From Thraustochytrium aureum (lineage: Eukaryota), in the NCBI GenBank assembly GCA_012862495.1, contig BLSG01000349.1:25586-59799 (forward strand): DNA of 34,214 nt, in the 5' to 3' direction. Under the pieces are notes generated by a model, which saw only the letters and a program-made list of their open reading frames with translations, searched no databases and was not told where the DNA came from. Below, in pieces: positions 31,373-34,214 of this stretch. A program made the position numbers and the translations under genes. Numbering within the stretch: position 1 is the first letter of the stretch; every line of letters begins with the position of its first letter.

Positions 31373-33584
31373 CCCGGAACGGGACTCGCTTGCCGATGCG
31401 GCGGCGGATGCGGCGTCTACGTGCGCAGCAGGAGCAGTGGCAGGAGCCGGGTTTGAACCCGCAGCAGAAGCATTGAATGTGCCGCCCCTTGCGCGTCAAC
31501 AGCTACCGCAGGAGCAAGGCGCCCCCACGCTCCTCATCGGCGGCCCGAACCATGACCTTCTGCTTTTCACGCCGCCAAACACGAGTTTGAACAAGAAGAG
31601 CAAGCTGCCTTGGCGGCGGCGCGCTCTGCAACAGCCGTGCAGCCGCCAGCCCTCCACGTCGGCCCAACAACAGCAGCGCCAGGGCTCAACATAGTCCCGG
31701 CAACGCCTCAGCGAGCGAAAAAGGACGGCGTCAACCACAAGGACGTCGAGTCGACGTCATTCAACGCTGGTGGGCCGCCAGGGTCTTGGCGCGGTGGCCT
31801 GGGGGTCGGGATCGGCGTGGGTGCTGGCGCAAGCGCCTCCGCCACGCCCAAGGCCGCAGAGGTGGACAAAAACGTCCCCGCCCACTTTCACAAGTTTGAG
31901 ACAGTGCTCGGGCACGTCAACCAGTACGTCATGTTTGAGGAGATCGGGCGGGGCAACCAGGGCGCGGTCTACAAGTGCATGAACAAGGAGGACAAAAACA
32001 TGTACGCTATCAAATGCCTTGAGCACGCCTCACTGAAACGCCGGCGGCATAGGGTTGGCGCTGGAGCCAACATGCTCAAGAACGAGATCGAGGTCATGAA
32101 AAAGCTCGACCACCCCAACCTTGTCAAGCTGTACGAAGTCATCGACGACGCGGAGAATGACAGGTAAGTTGTCTCTCAGGCCAGACCTGCAGCGACTCGG
32201 CGAACACAGCGGCATGCGGCTGTTGCAGAGCGCGGCGAGCGAGCTGACACATGCAAACGCGGCCGGGCCGGCCCTCCGCTTTGACCTCGCTTCGCAGACT
32301 TTATCTTGTGATGGACTTTGTTGTTGGCGGCAACGTCATGGGTGACAACGACGTCATGAACGCCAAAGACCCTTGCGCGATTGCCATTCCAGAGCCCGAG
32401 GCGAAGCGCCTGTTCTACGATTTCGTATTGGGCATGGAGCACCTCCACCAGTCGGGCATCCTCCACCGCGACGTGAAACCGAGCAACATGCTCGTGGACG
32501 CCAACACGTTCGACGGCGTCCCGCGGCTCAAGGTGTGTGACTTCGGCGTATCAACACTCTGCAAAATGGACAAGTCGGCGAAGATCCTCGGGGAGGACGA
32601 CCTCGTCTACGTCGGCGGGCAAGGGACCGTGGCGATGCTCTCGCCCGAGGCGCTTGGCGCCGGCCCCGACCAGATTTACCACGGCCGCCCCGCTGATGTT
32701 TGGGCCGCGGGAGTCACCCTCTGCTGCATGCTTTTCGGTACGCTGCCCTTCAAAGGCGACGACGTGGAGGCGCTTCGAAGACAGATTTGCGAGGAGAACT
32801 TCACCCTCCCCGCCAAGCCGCGCATCTCGCGCGAGGCGCGGAGAATCATTTCGAGGATGCTCACCAAAGACCCAGCACAGCGCGTGACGTTTTCTTTGAT
32901 GCGCGAGGACCCATGGTTTGACAGCGTCCGTCCCCGTCGCGAGGACTCGCTAGAGCTCATCAGCGTCCCGTCAGGTATCTCGTCCAGCCCACGCATCGTT
33001 GAGGATGGCTCGGACGACATGAGCGACGATCACTCGTCGTCCTCGTCGCTCAACGGGTTTTTGGGGATCTTCGCCAACAGCCGCAACAAGAGCGCTCGGG
33101 CTTCTGTGAAGTCGCCGCGGGACAGCTGGTTTTCGGTAAGTCGCCTGAGAGTTGGCGTGTCGTGCACAGGCATGCCGGCAGGTGGGGAGGCCAAGCAAGC
33201 CAGTGCTGACCTGGCCGTTCCGTTTGCCGGCCCTCTTTGCTTTGTTGGCTCGGATAGCAGTTCTTTGAGCGCCGCTCGAGCCGCTCGAGCAAGAAGGGGT
33301 CGGATTCCGCCGAGTTTGATGAGGAGATCAACATCGGCCAAATCTCCCAAGTGACGCACAACCAGCACGTTGGAGTGCGCGGGGACGGGACGCTCAAGCA
33401 CTTTGGCGTGCACAATCTCAAGGATTTCGAGGACCAAGCGGGCCGCGTACTTGGCGCGGTGTCTGGCGTCGGGCACGGCGCGCCCGCGCCTGCTCCATCG
33501 CTTGCCGAGAGCGCTTCGCCAGGCCGTTCATCTAGCACCGGGGCGACCCCGTGCAGCAGCACCTCGCCGCCGCTGCTCCGCTGA
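31373..33584 (+). CDS. CaMKK/GRIK/SAK1-like Ser/Thr kinase; exons <31373-32163, 32298-33135, 33261-33584; apparent frameshift near 31558; start in gap
   Basis: IGRGNQGAVYK, YAIK, EIEVMKKLDHPNLVKLYEVIDD...R/LYLVMDFV, HRDVKPSNML, CDFG, GTVAMLSPE, DVWAAGVTL; splicing restores subdomain V. Confidence 0.9.
32164..32297 (+). other. Spliceosomal intron (134 nt)
   Basis: GTAAGT donor, GCTGAC branch-like site near 32243, CGCAG acceptor; removal joins ENDR/LYLVM in frame. Confidence 0.9.
33136..33260 (+). other. Spliceosomal intron (125 nt) with TAGCAG tandem acceptor
   Basis: GTAAGT donor, GCTGAC near 33205, pyrimidine tract, TAGCAG; phase 0 splice leads into the frame ending at TGA 33584. Confidence 0.75.
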
Positions 33585-33879
33585 GCGCGACCGGCTGCGT
33601 AGGCTGTGTATGAAATAGATCTTTACCTTTTGCTGCTCGGCCCCAGTGCGGCGCCTTGTTGCGGCCAAGTCTGCGCTCTGGTCGCGACGGCGCAGCTTGG
33701 CGGGCCGTAGGAGGCAGGACAGGCGTTGAACGCCGCCAAGCACACGACGCCCGCGTGAGCGCGCTACCGGAGGACGCGGCTCCTTGGCGCGCGCGCGCAA
33801 GTGTGGGAAATCGAACTAAACACAAAGCGCGGGATGAAAAATCCTGCCAGCGGTTCGGCTTTAAGCTGTAGTATCAAGC

Positions 33880-34214
33880 TTACACCTTGCCCTGGTGCTC
33901 CTGCGCGGTCAGCTGCATCGGCTCGTTGGTGTGCGGGAGCGGCTTGAAAACCGTCAAAGAATACGCGTGCACCTCCTGGTCCTCAGCGTGCTTGATGTGC
34001 ACGAGGAGGCGAAAGTTCATCCCGGCCACGACTTGCTGAGTTGCATCGGCAATCTTGACGAGCTCGCCCTTGGCCAGGGCCTTGGCGCCGAACTCGGCCG
34101 CCTCCTTGATCTCGTCACCCTCCACGTCAGCAGAGTTAAACCCCCCCAGAGTCCAACCCTTGAGATGCCCTCTGCGAGATCGTTGGCGGACGGGTCGCCC
34201 ACGGTGGCCTTGAG
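33880..34214 (-). CDS. Cystatin (cysteine protease inhibitor, I25), 5' end outside window
   Basis: Frame open to the window edge: ...WTLGGFNSADVEGDEIKEAAEFG..., QQVVAGMNF (QxVxG), VFKPLPH second loop as in stefins. Confidence 0.88.
   Translation of the reverse strand, partial: QGHRGRPVRQRSRRGHLKGWTLGGFNSADVEGDEIKEAAEFGAKALAKGELVKIADATQQVVAGMNFRLLVHIKHAEDQEVHAYSLTVFKPLPHTNEPMQLTAQEHQGKV

Noticed and set aside
34017..34202. Frameshift in the cystatin at the G7 run
   Set aside because: The cystatin frame stays open to the window edge (…KGWTLGGFNSAD…), so no shift is needed.

Overview
Eukaryotic, GC-rich, intron-poor draft scaffold with nine N-gaps. Gene content (ciliary RIB43A, secreted subtilisin, prolyl 4-hydroxylase, short GTAAGT...YAG introns) fits a flagellated protist, possibly a labyrinthulomycete/thraustochytrid-like stramenopile (inference). 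Genes in order: RasGAP-domain protein lacking the arginine finger, acidic 2-TM hypothetical protein, multi-TM protein with one intron, RLE non-LTR retrotransposon relic, bacterial-like membrane protein, FAM184-like coiled-coil protein, RIB43A, proteasome RPN2/PSMD1, WASP-like WH1 protein lacking a CRIB core, a ~2.8 kb gene-poor stretch with TE-like relics and a twice-repeated 18-bp palindrome, a probably membrane-anchored subtilisin, a prolyl 4-hydroxylase, a CaMKK-like kinase and a cystatin. About eight single-base frameshifts, mostly at base runs, look like sequencing errors. Top finding: the prolyl 4-hydroxylase carries a segment that aligns without gaps to the hydroxyproline-binding beta-domain of pVHL, suggesting a Hyp writer and reader in one protein. 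Second: the kinase's spliced last exon encodes a CRIB-like motif. All family assignments are from motifs recognised by eye; no searches were run.
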